Positions 9,410 to 19,329 of a stretch of DNA of 46,628 bases are shown here, in pieces. Made by a program: the position numbers and the translations under genes. Below the pieces are notes generated by a model. The model had not been told where the DNA came from, ran no database searches, and worked only from the letters and a program-made list of their open reading frames with translations. The first letter of the stretch is position 1, and every line of letters begins with the position of its first letter. This stretch comes from Candidatus Rokuibacteriota bacterium (GTDB lineage Bacteria; Methylomirabilota; Methylomirabilia; Rokubacteriales; CSP1-6): the NCBI GenBank assembly GCA_003220335.1, contig QHSB01000061.1:1-46628 (forward strand), written 5' to 3'.

Positions 9410-9838
9410 ATGAAGGTCTTCAACACCTCGTTTACGTTGAGCAGCGAGGAAGGCACCGAGGTCACCGACATCACGAAGCTCGTCCGGGAGGCCATCCAGC
9501 AGTTCCCCGTGTCCGCCGGGATCGCCCTCATCAACACGCTCCACACGACCTGCGCGGTCTTCATCAACGAGTTCCAGAGCGCGCTCATCGACGACCTGAA
9601 GGGGCTGGTCGAGAGGCTGGTCCCGGAGCGCCACGGCTATCGCCACGACGACGCCCGATTCTCGGACTGCGAGCGGGGCAACGCCCACTCGCACCTGCGC
9701 TCCGCGCTGCTCGGCCGCTCCGTCGCCATCGGCCTCAACAACGGCGAGCTGACGCTGGGCCGCTTCCAGTCGATCATCTTCGCGGAGTTCGACGGTCCGC
9801 GGAAGCGCGAGATCAGCGTCCAGGTGATCGGGGCGTAG
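9410..9838 (+). CDS. yjbQ: YjbQ (UPF0047, secondary thiamine-phosphate synthase) family protein
   Basis: DIT, HTTCAVFINE, YRHD, NAHSHL, LGRFQSIIFAEFDGPRKR. Confidence 0.9.
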   Translation: MKVFNTSFTLSSEEGTEVTDITKLVREAIQQFPVSAGIALINTLHTTCAVFINEFQSALIDDLKGLVERLVPERHGYRHDDARFSDCERGNAHSHLRSALLGRSVAIGLNNGELTLGRFQSIIFAEFDGPRKREISVQVIGA

Positions 9839-10823
9839 CGCGATCATCCTCGAGCGTTGCCTGGCACGTGCGGCCGGCCACGGCAGGGCGCTTCTGCAGC
9901 ACGAGATTGAAGTAGGGCAGCGCCAGTGACGGCGAGCGTCCGGCCGCCCGGAGGGCGCCGCAGATCACGGCGAACATCGGAAGGGCCGCCCGGCGCAGTC
10001 GTGAGCGCGCCGTGGTGCTGAAGAAGGTCCACCCGTAGCCGGCCTCCTCCGTCACGTCGATGAGTTCGTCCGCGCCGCGCGACGGCAGGCACTCAGCGAG
10101 GGAGGCATTACGCCACGCCCCGTGCCGATCGAAGTCGACGAAGGTCGCGCCGCGGAATCGCGGACGGAACAGGCGCGCGTATCCGAACGCCAGCCCGGCC
10201 GGCAGCCACTGGATAGCGGGCAAGCCGACGGAGTGAGTCTCGAGCGGGAAGGCGCGGTTCGGCGTGTCGAGGATGGCGATGTGACCACCGGGCGCGAGCA
10301 CGCGGTAGTACTCGTCGACGTGGCGGTGGCGTCCGCGCGGCGGCAGATGCTCGATCACGCCCACGGCGAGGACGACGTCGAACGCACCGCCGCCGAACGG
10401 CAGACGCGTCGTCGCCTCGTCCGTGAGCGCCAGCGCTTGGCGCACCTTGCGGAGACCGAGCTCGTCCACCTTCGCGCGGGTCATCGCGACGAAGTCGGGG
10501 TCGACGTCGAAGGCGTGGATCTCGGCCACGAGCGGTTGCTCTTCCAAGTACTCGGTGTTGTGACCGAAGGAGCAGCCGACCTCGAGAACGCGAAGGCTGC
10601 GCGCGCCTCGGCCCGATAGGTATCGGAAGAGCGGGCCGAGGAAGTGATGGCCGCGCGTTGTCTTGAAGGGCAGGTAGAGCGGCGCGCGATCGAGACCCTT
10701 TCGCTCGATCAGCATCTCCAGGAGTCGCGCACTGTAGTACGTCCGGTACTCGCGGTCGTCGACCCTCAGCACGCGCTCCGCGCCGTGGTCCTCGATGGAG
10801 TAATCGCGCTCGGCCCTTGCCAC
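9813..10823 (-). CDS. Class I SAM-dependent methyltransferase
   Basis: VLEVGCSFG, AFDVD, LPFGGGAFDVV, VIEHL, RVLAPGG, TPNR.FP.ETH. Start placed at GTG 10823 because TATAAT lies 6 nt upstream. Confidence 0.85.
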   Translation of the reverse strand: MARAERDYSIEDHGAERVLRVDDREYRTYYSARLLEMLIERKGLDRAPLYLPFKTTRGHHFLGPLFRYLSGRGARSLRVLEVGCSFGHNTEYLEEQPLVAEIHAFDVDPDFVAMTRAKVDELGLRKVRQALALTDEATTRLPFGGGAFDVVLAVGVIEHLPPRGRHRHVDEYYRVLAPGGHIAILDTPNRAFPLETHSVGLPAIQWLPAGLAFGYARLFRPRFRGATFVDFDRHGAWRNASLAECLPSRGADELIDVTEEAGYGWTFFSTTARSRLRRAALPMFAVICGALRAAGRSPSLALPYFNLVLQKRPAVAGRTCQATLEDDRATPRSPGR

Positions 10824-10829
10824 AGCCGG

Positions 10830-10835
10830 ATTATA
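10830..10835 (-). promoter_or_regulatory. Consensus -10 (TATAAT) 6 nt before GTG; putative leaderless promoter
   Basis: Minus strand reads TATAAT-ccggct-GTG(10823). Confidence 0.55.
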
Positions 10836-10982
10836 GTATCGTGATGGGTCGGGACTCAGATGCCTCCGTTTCCCTTGTGCTTGTGCCGGATGACTTGGTA
10901 GCCTACACTTCGTGGGGCGCACCGACCGATCGCGCGCACGCGCGCGCCGTCGTCCTCGCATGACGCGGGCTCCGAGCCTGGC

Positions 10983-12053
10983 ATGAGCACCGTGCAGGCC
11001 CACCAAGTGTTGTTGCCACTGACCGATGAACGCATCCTGATCTTCGGGGGTACTGGCTCACTGGGCCGGGCCCTGGTTCGCCGTCTGTCCGCGCACAATT
11101 CGCTGATGCTGTACTCGCGCGATGAGGCCAAGCACTGGACCATCCGGAACCAGGTCGGCTCGACCAACATGACCTACGCGGTTGGCGACATCCGCGACGG
11201 TGCCCGCGTCGAGGAGGCGCTGCTTCGCTTCCAGCCCACGATCGTGGTCATCGCGGCCGCTCTCAAGCAGGTCGACGTCTGCGAGATGACGCCGTTCGAG
11301 AGCGTGCAGACCAACATCCTCGGCATCAAGAACGTCGTCGATGCGGTCAGCCGCCAGGTCGACCGGCTACCCGCATTGGAGACGGTCCTCATGGTCTCGA
11401 CCGACAAGGCGTGCGCGCCCACCAACGTCTATGGAATGTGCAAGGCGGTGGCCGAGCGGCTGGTGACGAGCCAGTGTCTGGCCTTCGAGCGGCCACGGTT
11501 CGTCGGAGTGCGATACGGCAACGTGCTCGATTCGCGCGGGTCGATCATTCCCCTGTTCCGCTGGCAGGCCGAGCACAAACGAAGTTTCACGGTCACCCAT
11601 CCGGACATGACGCGCTTCCTCATGACGCTCGACGAGAGCATCGACCTCATCACGGCCACCGCCAAGGGGGCGGCGTCCGGCGAGATTTGGGTGCCGCGCC
11701 TGCGCTCGATGAGGATCCTCGATCTCGCGCAGATCTTCGCGGCGCGCTTCGCTCGGCCGATCGACTTCATCGGCATGCGCCCGGGCGAGAAACTGCACGA
11801 GGCGTTGATCAGCGAGCCGGAATCAGTCCGGGTGTCGGCCGACGGCGACATTTTCCGGATGGCGCCCGCCCACGTGACGATCGCGTCCAATGCGACAATC
11901 TTCGGCTATGAGTCGATCGACGGTCTGCTCACCAAGGACGATCTGGCGATCTACCTCGAAGGCCTCGGGATATTCGCCCGCAGCCTCGACGACTTCGTCG
12001 GCCGCCAGATCGAGGAGATCGCAACACCCGCATCCGGGAGACCGAGCACATGA
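10983..12053 (+). CDS. UDP-GlcNAc 4,6-dehydratase-like protein (PseB/FlaA1/CapD family)
   Basis: GGTGSLG, SRDEAK, AAALKQV, STDKAC.P.N.YGMCK, VRYGNVLDSRGSIIPLF, MTRF, RPGEKLHE. Confidence 0.9.
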   Translation: MSTVQAHQVLLPLTDERILIFGGTGSLGRALVRRLSAHNSLMLYSRDEAKHWTIRNQVGSTNMTYAVGDIRDGARVEEALLRFQPTIVVIAAALKQVDVCEMTPFESVQTNILGIKNVVDAVSRQVDRLPALETVLMVSTDKACAPTNVYGMCKAVAERLVTSQCLAFERPRFVGVRYGNVLDSRGSIIPLFRWQAEHKRSFTVTHPDMTRFLMTLDESIDLITATAKGAASGEIWVPRLRSMRILDLAQIFAARFARPIDFIGMRPGEKLHEALISEPESVRVSADGDIFRMAPAHVTIASNATIFGYESIDGLLTKDDLAIYLEGLGIFARSLDDFVGRQIEEIATPASGRPST

Positions 12054-13198
12054 CTGAGTACCCCATGTTTAAGGTCCACATGGACGTCGAGGCCGCCCTG
12101 GCCGAACTGCGGACAGTGCTCGAGTCGGGCTTCGTCAACGAGGGCGTGCAGGTGTCGGCCCTCCAGAGGGCAGTGGCGGAATTCCTCGGCGTCAAGCAAC
12201 TCGTGCTGACGAATTCGTGTACGAGCGCCCTGACGCTGGCCCTCAAGCTCTGCGGAGTCGCTCCGGGCAGCGAGGTGGTCACCACGCCCATGACCTGCGT
12301 GGCGACGAACACACCGATCGACAACCTGGGCGGCACGGTGGTGTGGGCCGACATCGATCCCGAAACGGCGTCGATCGATGCCGGCGACGTCGAGCGCAGG
12401 CTCACCCCGGCCACACGAGCCATCATGTGTGTGGCCTGGGCGGGCACGCCGTGCGACCTCGATGCCCTCGATACGCTGGCCCGCCGCCGCGGCGTCCCCC
12501 TGATCCACGATGCCGCCCACGCGTTCGGCGCCACCTGGCGAGGCCGTCCGCTGTCGGACTTCGCGGACTTCACCTGCTACTCCTTTCAGGCCATCAAGCA
12601 TCTCTCCTGTGGCGACGGCGGAGCCCTGATCTGCCGGGACCCCGAGGCTTTCGTCCTCGCGCGCAAGCTGAAGTGGTTCGGCTACGATCGAGACGCGCAC
12701 AAGGACGAGCGGGGTGAGTGGAAGGGACAGCGCTGGAGCGCCGACATCGAGGCCGGCGAGATCGGCTTCAAATACAACATGAACAACATCACGGCGGCCA
12801 TCGGGCTGGCCCAGATGCCGCATCTTAAACGGATTCTCGATCAGCATCGGCGCAACGGCGCCGCGTACACCGAGGCCTTCCGGAGCTCAACGATCATCCG
12901 GCCGCTGCGGGTGCCCGAGCCAGCCGTGTCGAGCTACTGGGTCTACTCGGCGCTGGTTGTGGACGAGACCGTGGACCGCGATCGGCTGCTCGAGGCTCTC
13001 AACGCCGAGGGGATCGCCGCCGGGCTGGTGCACGTTCCCAACGACGTATACACCGCGTTCGGGAAGTACGGCGCCGACTTGCCGGGCGTCCGACGCTTCG
13101 CCGACCGTCAGATCTCCCTGCCGTGCGGGTGGTGGCTCTCGGAGGAGGATTGCGTCAAGATCGCCGCTCGTGTGCACACGCTCGCCCGGGTGGCGTGA
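12050..13198 (+). CDS. DegT/DnrJ/EryC1/StrS PLP-dependent sugar aminotransferase (PseC-like role)
   Basis: NSCTSALTLA, HDAAHAFG, YSFQAIKHLSCGDGG (PLP lysine), GFKYNM, ISLP. Confidence 0.92.
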   Translation: MTEYPMFKVHMDVEAALAELRTVLESGFVNEGVQVSALQRAVAEFLGVKQLVLTNSCTSALTLALKLCGVAPGSEVVTTPMTCVATNTPIDNLGGTVVWADIDPETASIDAGDVERRLTPATRAIMCVAWAGTPCDLDALDTLARRRGVPLIHDAAHAFGATWRGRPLSDFADFTCYSFQAIKHLSCGDGGALICRDPEAFVLARKLKWFGYDRDAHKDERGEWKGQRWSADIEAGEIGFKYNMNNITAAIGLAQMPHLKRILDQHRRNGAAYTEAFRSSTIIRPLRVPEPAVSSYWVYSALVVDETVDRDRLLEALNAEGIAAGLVHVPNDVYTAFGKYGADLPGVRRFADRQISLPCGWWLSEEDCVKIAARVHTLARVA

Positions 13199-13983
13199 TC
13201 GGTCCTGTGCCCTGGCCGCGCGTCTTCGTCGGCACCCTGGCCTGCGGCGAAGCGGAGCGCGTGGAGTGTTCGGCGGCGGTCGCCGCCCAGACGGGGGTCT
13301 CGGTCACGCACGCGGTGATCGAGGACCTGCCGGAGCTGGAGGCCCACAATGCTCTGTGGGACGCTTGGGAGGCCGCAAAGGCCGGCCACGACCTGTTCGT
13401 GAAGATTGATGCCGATACCGTCCTCGCACGACCGACGGCCCTCGAAGAGATTGCGGCGCTGTTTACCGACGAGGCGGTGACGGGCGCCCAGATCCTGCTC
13501 CATGACTTTTTCACCGACCAGCTGATTGCCGGCCTCAATGCCTTCTCCCGCGCGGTCACCTTCCGGCGTGCCACCGATCGGTTGTGGACGGATCGCGTCG
13601 ATGGCGGCCACCGGGTGGTGCTCAAGGGCGAGCCTGTGCGCCACCTGGCGCCCATCGGGTGGCATTGCCGCGCGCCCCACCCCTGTCAGGCCTTCCACTT
13701 TGGCCTCCACCGCGCGCTCAAGGAGCAGGAGGCGATGATCGCGCGCTGTGCTGCGGTGTGGCTCGTGGAGCGCGACGACGCGCGGGCGTGGGCACTGGCG
13801 GGCGCCATGTCAGCGGGGGCGCTGCGACACCATGTCGACTACGGCGACGCCGGATTCCAGGCGGCGTTCTCGGCGCTCGCCGACGAGGTCGAGCGGGGCG
13901 ACCGCGTGGAGCGCTTTGCCCGGCAAATGGTGGAAGGGATGGGGGCAGGGGAGACGCGTGGTGCTGCCAGACAGCGGCACTGA
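13195..13983 (+). CDS. Hypothetical protein, possible GT-A glycosyltransferase
   Basis: GTG overlaps upstream stop; FVKIDADTVL DxD motif; QAFHFG.HR; operon context. Confidence 0.55.
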   Translation: MIGPVPWPRVFVGTLACGEAERVECSAAVAAQTGVSVTHAVIEDLPELEAHNALWDAWEAAKAGHDLFVKIDADTVLARPTALEEIAALFTDEAVTGAQILLHDFFTDQLIAGLNAFSRAVTFRRATDRLWTDRVDGGHRVVLKGEPVRHLAPIGWHCRAPHPCQAFHFGLHRALKEQEAMIARCAAVWLVERDDARAWALAGAMSAGALRHHVDYGDAGFQAAFSALADEVERGDRVERFARQMVEGMGAGETRGAARQRH

Positions 13984-14500
13984 ACGCCTCGTGATCCGCC
14001 TCCTCGAGCGGCGCGATCTCGAACAGGTCCGGCACCTGCACAATCACGACGAGACCTTGCTACGTCTTACCGACGTCTGGCCGGTGTCGGAGACACAACA
14101 GGAGGCGTGGTTCGAATCAGTTTCGAGCTCACGCACCGCGCGGCGCTACGTAGGCCGGCGCCGCGCCGACGACGCTCTCGTCGGGGTGTTTCGTCTGGAC
14201 CGGCTCGACCCCTGGAACCGAAACGCCTACGTCGGCGCCGACGTGGTGCCGGCCATGCGCCGCCAGGGCTATGCCGAAGAAATGTTCGCGTACTTCCTTG
14301 GCCACCTGTTCGACCACTGCGGCCTGCACCGGCTGGCGCTCGTCACGCTGACCTCGAACACGGCGGCGCTGGCCCTCTATCGGAAGCTGGGGTTCGTGGA
14401 GGAGGGGCGAGAGCGACAGGCAATCTTCCGGGACGGCGGATTCCAGGACCTCGTCCTGATGGGGCTGCTCGCCGAGGAGTGGCGTGGAAGGGCCGGGTAA
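13961..14500 (+). CDS. GNAT N-acetyltransferase (PseH/RimL-like)
   Basis: GGGGAG SD; RRQGYA acetyl-CoA motif, N..A..LY.KLGF.EEG..R, FRDG.F.D...MGLL..EW. Confidence 0.88.
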   Translation: MLPDSGTERLVIRLLERRDLEQVRHLHNHDETLLRLTDVWPVSETQQEAWFESVSSSRTARRYVGRRRADDALVGVFRLDRLDPWNRNAYVGADVVPAMRRQGYAEEMFAYFLGHLFDHCGLHRLALVTLTSNTAALALYRKLGFVEEGRERQAIFRDGGFQDLVLMGLLAEEWRGRAG

Positions 14501-15365
14501 CCGATGCGCGGCGGGGCCGCGGTCGACCCTGCTCCTGCTGGTGACGTGCTCCCGCGACGAGACCCGGAGAGATTTGGCGATCAGGGTCACCAGAAACCTC
14601 GCGGAGCTCGCGCCGTTCGCGGGCCTCGCGGACCGCTTCGTCGTCTTCGACAACGCGTCCACGCTTGACGATCATCTCGGCCTGGTGCCGCGCGGCACGG
14701 TGGTCTGCCGCTCGGAGCGAAATCTCGGCTACTGGTCCGCCATCCACTGGGTACTCGCCCAGCGCGGCCGCCTGTTCGGTCGGCCGTTCGACTACCTCTA
14801 CATCGTGGAGTCCGACCTCGTACACTGGGACCTCGTGCCGCTCGGCGTTTGCGAGCGCTTCCTCGAGTCGGAGCCGCGGGCCTCCTGCGTGCGGACGCAG
14901 GAGTTCTCCGTCCGCTGGCGCTGGCGGTTCGACAAGCGATGGCAGCGCCTGCCATTTCATGTGCTCCGCTCGCAGATCATGCTCAGAAACGCCGTCACCG
15001 ACGAGAAGGCGTGGTTCCGGCGCGCGGCCGGCGTGGAAGGGGTGTACGTGTCCAACCTGCACCCGAAGCTACCGGCCCTTAACCGCCTCGACACACTCGA
15101 TCGGGTGTTCGGCCAGCTCGGCGAGATGGCGTCGTTCACCGAGAAGGACTTCTTCCGCTTGATGATGACGCACCATCCCTATAGCGGCGTGTACGATGGC
15201 GGCCTGTTCTGTTCGGCCGTTTCGTGGGCCGACCGGAACCGATTCGTCATGGCCAGCTACACGGACGAAGGGCGGCTCGCGCGGCTCGGCTACCAACCGA
15301 CCCGGGCGGCGCATATCGAGCGCGCTCCGGCGGGGATCTCGGTGGCGCGCGCCGGGGTGGCATGA
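14484..15365 (+). CDS. Hypothetical protein, GT2-like N-terminus
   Basis: LLVTCSR, VVFDNAS, SERNLGY, YLYIVESD resemble GT2 N-terminal motifs; overlapping operon arrangement. Confidence 0.55.
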   Translation: MEGPGNRCAAGPRSTLLLLVTCSRDETRRDLAIRVTRNLAELAPFAGLADRFVVFDNASTLDDHLGLVPRGTVVCRSERNLGYWSAIHWVLAQRGRLFGRPFDYLYIVESDLVHWDLVPLGVCERFLESEPRASCVRTQEFSVRWRWRFDKRWQRLPFHVLRSQIMLRNAVTDEKAWFRRAAGVEGVYVSNLHPKLPALNRLDTLDRVFGQLGEMASFTEKDFFRLMMTHHPYSGVYDGGLFCSAVSWADRNRFVMASYTDEGRLARLGYQPTRAAHIERAPAGISVARAGVA

Positions 15366-16276
15366 GACGCCTTCTGCTGCTGGTTGACGACCGCCGCTAC
15401 ATCCGCTCGAACTGCTACCAGCACCAACTCTTCACGACGCTGGCGCGGTGCTACCGGGTGCGCATGATGTCGGCCCGGGAGGTCCGGTTCGCGCCCCTCG
15501 TGCGCGTGGCCGCCTACGACCGGGTGCTGAGTGTGCTCCGCCTGCGAACCCTGGTGCGCCTGGCCGGATCGGTGGCACGCCTCCTCGGCGACCGGCCGCT
15601 CTACGTGTACGAGCAGGACGTCTGGCAGGCCTTCATGGACGACTCCCCCTACAAGGGAGCCTATGGACAGCTCGCGGCGCAACTCAACATCGCGGCATTC
15701 CTGGTCACCTCACGCTGGTGGCACGACTTCGTGGTGGCGCGTGGCCTCCGTGCGAAGTTCGTGCGGATGGGGATGCTGCCGGAGTACTGCGACGCCGGTC
15801 CGGCTTGGGAGGATCGTCCGATCCGCTTAGGTTTCCAGGGCACCCTGCACCCTCACCGGCGCGCCTTCTACGCGCAGCTCGCACAGATGGGGCTGGAGGT
15901 GGAGACGTTGCCGCCGGTGCCGTACGAGGCGTACCTCGAGAATCTGCACAGGATGCGGATCTACGTCCACACGGAAGATGCGCCGTGGTGCGTCGATGGC
16001 CGAATGCTCCGACGGAATGCCCTGTGGATCAAAGAGACAGAGGTCGCCGCCCGCGGGACGTTCGTCGTCCGCGATGCCGAGGAGGAGGGTGCGGCCTACG
16101 GCATCGCCGAGTTACCCACGGTGGTGCCATTCTCGTCGCGCGAGGCGGTGGGGGACATCGTGGCCTGGATCGAGGCCATGGATCCCCAGGAACGGCGGGA
16201 TCGGATGGTGGCGTCCGCCGAGACCATGCGGCGGCGCGACGACTGGATGACCGTCGTCCGGGCGATCGAAGCATGA
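15362..16276 (+). CDS. Hypothetical protein, possible GT-B glycosyltransferase
   Basis: ATGA overlap with upstream gene; GFQGTLHPHRR and EVAARGTFVV resemble GT-B (CgeB/Glyco_trans_1_2-like) C-domain motifs. Confidence 0.55.
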   Translation: MRRLLLLVDDRRYIRSNCYQHQLFTTLARCYRVRMMSAREVRFAPLVRVAAYDRVLSVLRLRTLVRLAGSVARLLGDRPLYVYEQDVWQAFMDDSPYKGAYGQLAAQLNIAAFLVTSRWWHDFVVARGLRAKFVRMGMLPEYCDAGPAWEDRPIRLGFQGTLHPHRRAFYAQLAQMGLEVETLPPVPYEAYLENLHRMRIYVHTEDAPWCVDGRMLRRNALWIKETEVAARGTFVVRDAEEEGAAYGIAELPTVVPFSSREAVGDIVAWIEAMDPQERRDRMVASAETMRRRDDWMTVVRAIEA

Positions 16277-17855
16277 CACGCCCGTCAGTCAGGTGGCTGA
16301 CGTCTCCGCGTCACCTGCGGCAGATGTTGGAGTTCGTTGGACGCCAGACGCTCGTGTGGGGTGCGGTGAGCGTGGTGCTGGGACTCGTGATCTTTGCGTT
16401 GGATCTGGCGTTTGCCTTCGCGCTCGAGCGATTCCTCGTGGCCATCGGGCTGACGGTGGCCCCGCTCAAGGTCGCTGTGGTAGGGAGCGTCGCCGTGGAA
16501 GCCACGATCTTCCTGGTGATCGGCGTGCTGCGCGTCGTCGCGCTGTGGGCCGGGACCCTGACCGCGGGCCTGTGCCAAGTCGGTTTCGAGGTCGACCGGC
16601 GGCGCGACATCGCTCGGTGGGCACTGCACTCGGATCGAGCGGGGCTCGGCGATGTCATGACGCTCTTCAGCGACGTGGTGGTCGGCGCCGCCGGCGCCGT
16701 GAGCGGAGTCTTCTTCCTCGCGGGTCGCGTGTTGCTGCTCGTGGCGACGCTCGCCGCGCTCGCGTACCAGTCGATCACGGTCACGACCACGCTGGTCCTC
16801 ATTCTGATGATGGTCGTGCCCCTACACCGGCGGATCGACCGGCGTCTGAACGGCGTGTCGTCGGTGATCCAGGGTTCCCTCGCGCAGGCGGTGGCGCGTC
16901 TGCTGTCAGGAGTAAAGAACGCAGCCTTCGTGCACATCCATGGCCTCGTGGGCCAGGAGATCAGGCAGGTCGACGGAGAGGTCGAGTCATATAGCCGGGG
17001 TTTCCAGCGCTACTACCGGATGGCCGCGACCCGCGCGGCCGTCCCGCAGCTGATCGGGCTGCTCGTCGTCGGCGGCATCGCCATCGGCGGCAGCGTGCTG
17101 TTCGGCGACGAGAAGAGTCGGCTGGTGGCCTTCCTGTTCCTCGCCCTGCGCCTGTTTCAGAACCTCTCCGAGGTCGCGGGCATCACCGCGAAGACGCGGG
17201 TCAATGGGGCACGCCTCATCGCCCTCTTCGCGTGGTGGCGCGACAGTTTCGTTGCCTCCAGGGCGGCGATCGATCGGGACCTCGCCGAGCGGTCGGCAAT
17301 AGAGCGCTTCACGGCGCCGGTGGGGTGGCGCCTCGAGAATCTATCGTTCGCGTGGACGCCCACGGTGCCGCTGGTGTGCGGGCTCGACCTCGAAATCCCG
17401 CCCGGCTCGGCCACCGTGATTCTGGGGCCGTCGGGGATTGGCAAGACGACGCTCCTGCTTCTTCTCACGGGGCTGGTCGCTCCCACGGGCGGGACGATCC
17501 GACTGCTCCTGCCCGAAGGTGGGGTGCCGCTCGAGGCGAGCCGCGAACGATTGCTCGCGAGCACGGCCTATGTCGGCCCCGACGCGTTCGTCGTGCCAGG
17601 AACGCTGCGTGACTTCCTCGCCGTCGGAGTCGACACCCCGCCATCGGAGCGGGACCTGGCCGAGGCGCTGCGTCGCTCGCGGTGTGACTTTATCAGCGCG
17701 CTGCCGCTGGGGCTCGATCATCAACTGACGGAGCAGGGCGGCGGGCTGTCGGCAGGCCAGAAGCAGCGACTGGCGCTCGCGCGGTTGCGGATCAATTGGT
17801 GGTGCTCGACGCGGCGGCCGTCGAGGCGGCAGCGCCGGCCTCAGCCACCCCATGA
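16273..17855 (+). pseudogene. ABC exporter (fused TM and ATPase domains, MsbA/PglK-like) with a degenerate C-terminus
   Basis: Multiple TM helices, Walker A GPSGIGKT and signature LSAGQKQRLALAR. A frameshift at ~17785 follows; Walker B QLVVLD is in another frame, lacks the catalytic Glu, D-loop and H-loop, and stops at TGA 17855, which overlaps the next ATG. Confidence 0.8.
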
Positions 17856-18312
17856 GCGCGCACGCCTTCCGGATTCACGCCGTCGTCTGCAGCAACGCTT
17901 TGCTGTATTTCCAGTATCTCGGCCAGAATGTCCGAGAACTCGCCTCGAGGGACGCCGAGATCATGGTGGTGGCGCACTGCACGGATGCAGAGGCGCCGAG
18001 GGGCTCGAGCCAGCATGCGGCGGGCCTGACCTTGGCATTCCGCATGTGCTCTCCGAGGTGGGCATCGTCGGTGCCGCCTATGAGGAGACCTCCTACCTCG
18101 CCGCGCGTGACATCCCAGCGTTGGCCATGGTACATGTGAAGCCGTCGTCGGCCGAGGCGAGGCTGCTGCGTGACACCAACGACTATCACGAGGAATTCCA
18201 TCTCCGTAGCATGCCGCTGTCGGCACCGTTCAACGCCGCCACCGAGTCGTATCTGGGGAGCCTCGGCGCACTGGCTTCCGAGGGATGCGAGCGGGATGAG
18301 GACAGCGCCTGA
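17852..18312 (+). pseudogene. Deleted remnant of a paralogue of the GT-like gene at 2159-3079
   Basis: FRIHAVVCSNALLYFQYL ~ LNVHVTVSRNSLRYFVYM; RGSSQHA ~ RGSWGHA; GIVGAAYEE ~ GIVGTRLED; SYLAARDIPALAMVHVKPSSAEARLLRDTNDYHEEF ~ SYLDDRKIPYFALDIVKPTSTEAKALKGTNPYHDEI; RSMPLSAPF ~ RIDPLSVDF. Confidence 0.85.
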
Positions 18313-18446
18313 GATGGTGGACCTCTCCACGGGACACGCCGTCCGCGTGGCGTTCCGGTCCGACGCGCGCTCCGCAGTCGGGCGGGATCACTTCCGCCGC
18401 TGCCTCGCCTTGGCGCACGCCCTGCGGGCCTCTGGGACCGAGAGCC
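18203..18446 (+). repeat. Diverged direct repeat, copy 1 (GT-like 3' end plus pseG 5' end)
   Basis: Aligns by eye with 19501-19746 (e.g. ATGCCGCTGTCGGC, CGAGTCGTATCTG, GGATGAGGACAG, GGACCTCTCCA, CGCTGCCTCGCC). Confidence 0.85.
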
Positions 18447-18535
18447 TTGTGCTCCTCGCCGGGCCGAGTGGGCCTCCAGGCGACGCGGGCCGCGGGCGTG
18501 CTCGCGTACGCCGACGTCCGAAAGCGGCCGGATGA
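18314..18535 (+). pseudogene. N-terminal fragment of a PseG/SpsG-like hydrolase
   Basis: MVDLSTGHAVRVAFRSDARSAVGRDHFRRCLALAHALRASG is near-colinear with the N-terminus of 19614..20660, and similarity then ends. Confidence 0.8.
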
Positions 18536-19281
18536 TGGCGCCTCTCCGCGGCGAGCTCAAAGCCCTGGCCAAGCGGTTCCTGCGACGGCGGGAGCCGCCT
18601 GACTATCGCGAGATGCTCTTCGAGGACCTCCGCCGGTATGTGGGCGACACTCGCATGGCGCGCATCCTCGAGATCGGCCCGAAAGATGGCCGGGACACGC
18701 GCCGGTTGCTCGAGCTCGAGCCCGACGAACTGGTTCTCGTGGACCTCCCGCGCATGAAGGAGACCAACGAGCGATGGCTTCGCGAGCTCGACTCGTCCCG
18801 TATCCGCTACCTCTCGGCGAACTTCATGTACAGTGACGCGGCGGACACGTGGGCGCCGTTCGATTGCATTTGGTGCACCGGCGTGCTCTACCACAACCCC
18901 GAGCAGTTGCGGATGATGAAGCGGCTCTTCGACCAGCTGCGCGGCGGCGGTGTGCTCGTGCTGGAGTCGGCGACGATCCGGCGGCGGTGGCTGCGGCACG
19001 CGAACTGCGTGGAGATCATCTACCCACCGTCGGACGAGACCGAGCGAAAGTATCACCTCAGCCCGAACATCACGCATCTGCCGTCCGCACGTGCCGTCGA
19101 ATCCTGGCTGGCGATGGTCGGCTTCGAGCGGATCAGTCGCTCGGACTGTCACCGTAAAAGCTCGGCGGCGCTGGCGCGTCACCGCGTCGCGTATCTCGCG
19201 ACGAAGCCCGTGGCGCCGCGCGCGGGAACGTACTACTCCTTCGACGGCGATGAAGGTTTCGTCATCGGCGCGGCGCGGTAG
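18532..19281 (+). CDS. Class I SAM-dependent methyltransferase (CmoB/DUF1698-like)
   Basis: ILEIGPKDG, LVLVD, FDCIWCTGVLYH, GGVLVLES. Confidence 0.82.
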   Translation: MMAPLRGELKALAKRFLRRREPPDYREMLFEDLRRYVGDTRMARILEIGPKDGRDTRRLLELEPDELVLVDLPRMKETNERWLRELDSSRIRYLSANFMYSDAADTWAPFDCIWCTGVLYHNPEQLRMMKRLFDQLRGGGVLVLESATIRRRWLRHANCVEIIYPPSDETERKYHLSPNITHLPSARAVESWLAMVGFERISRSDCHRKSSAALARHRVAYLATKPVAPRAGTYYSFDGDEGFVIGAAR

Positions 19282-19329
19282 CGGGTGGTCGCGCGCGTCG
19301 CCATCGTGAGGCTCGCGCGGCACCTGGGT

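Noticed and set aside
15448-18312. 954-aa ORF as a novel multidomain protein
   Set aside because: It is a read-through composite: a shadow frame over the upstream gene, the ABC exporter from ATG 16273, and out-of-context remnants after a frameshift.
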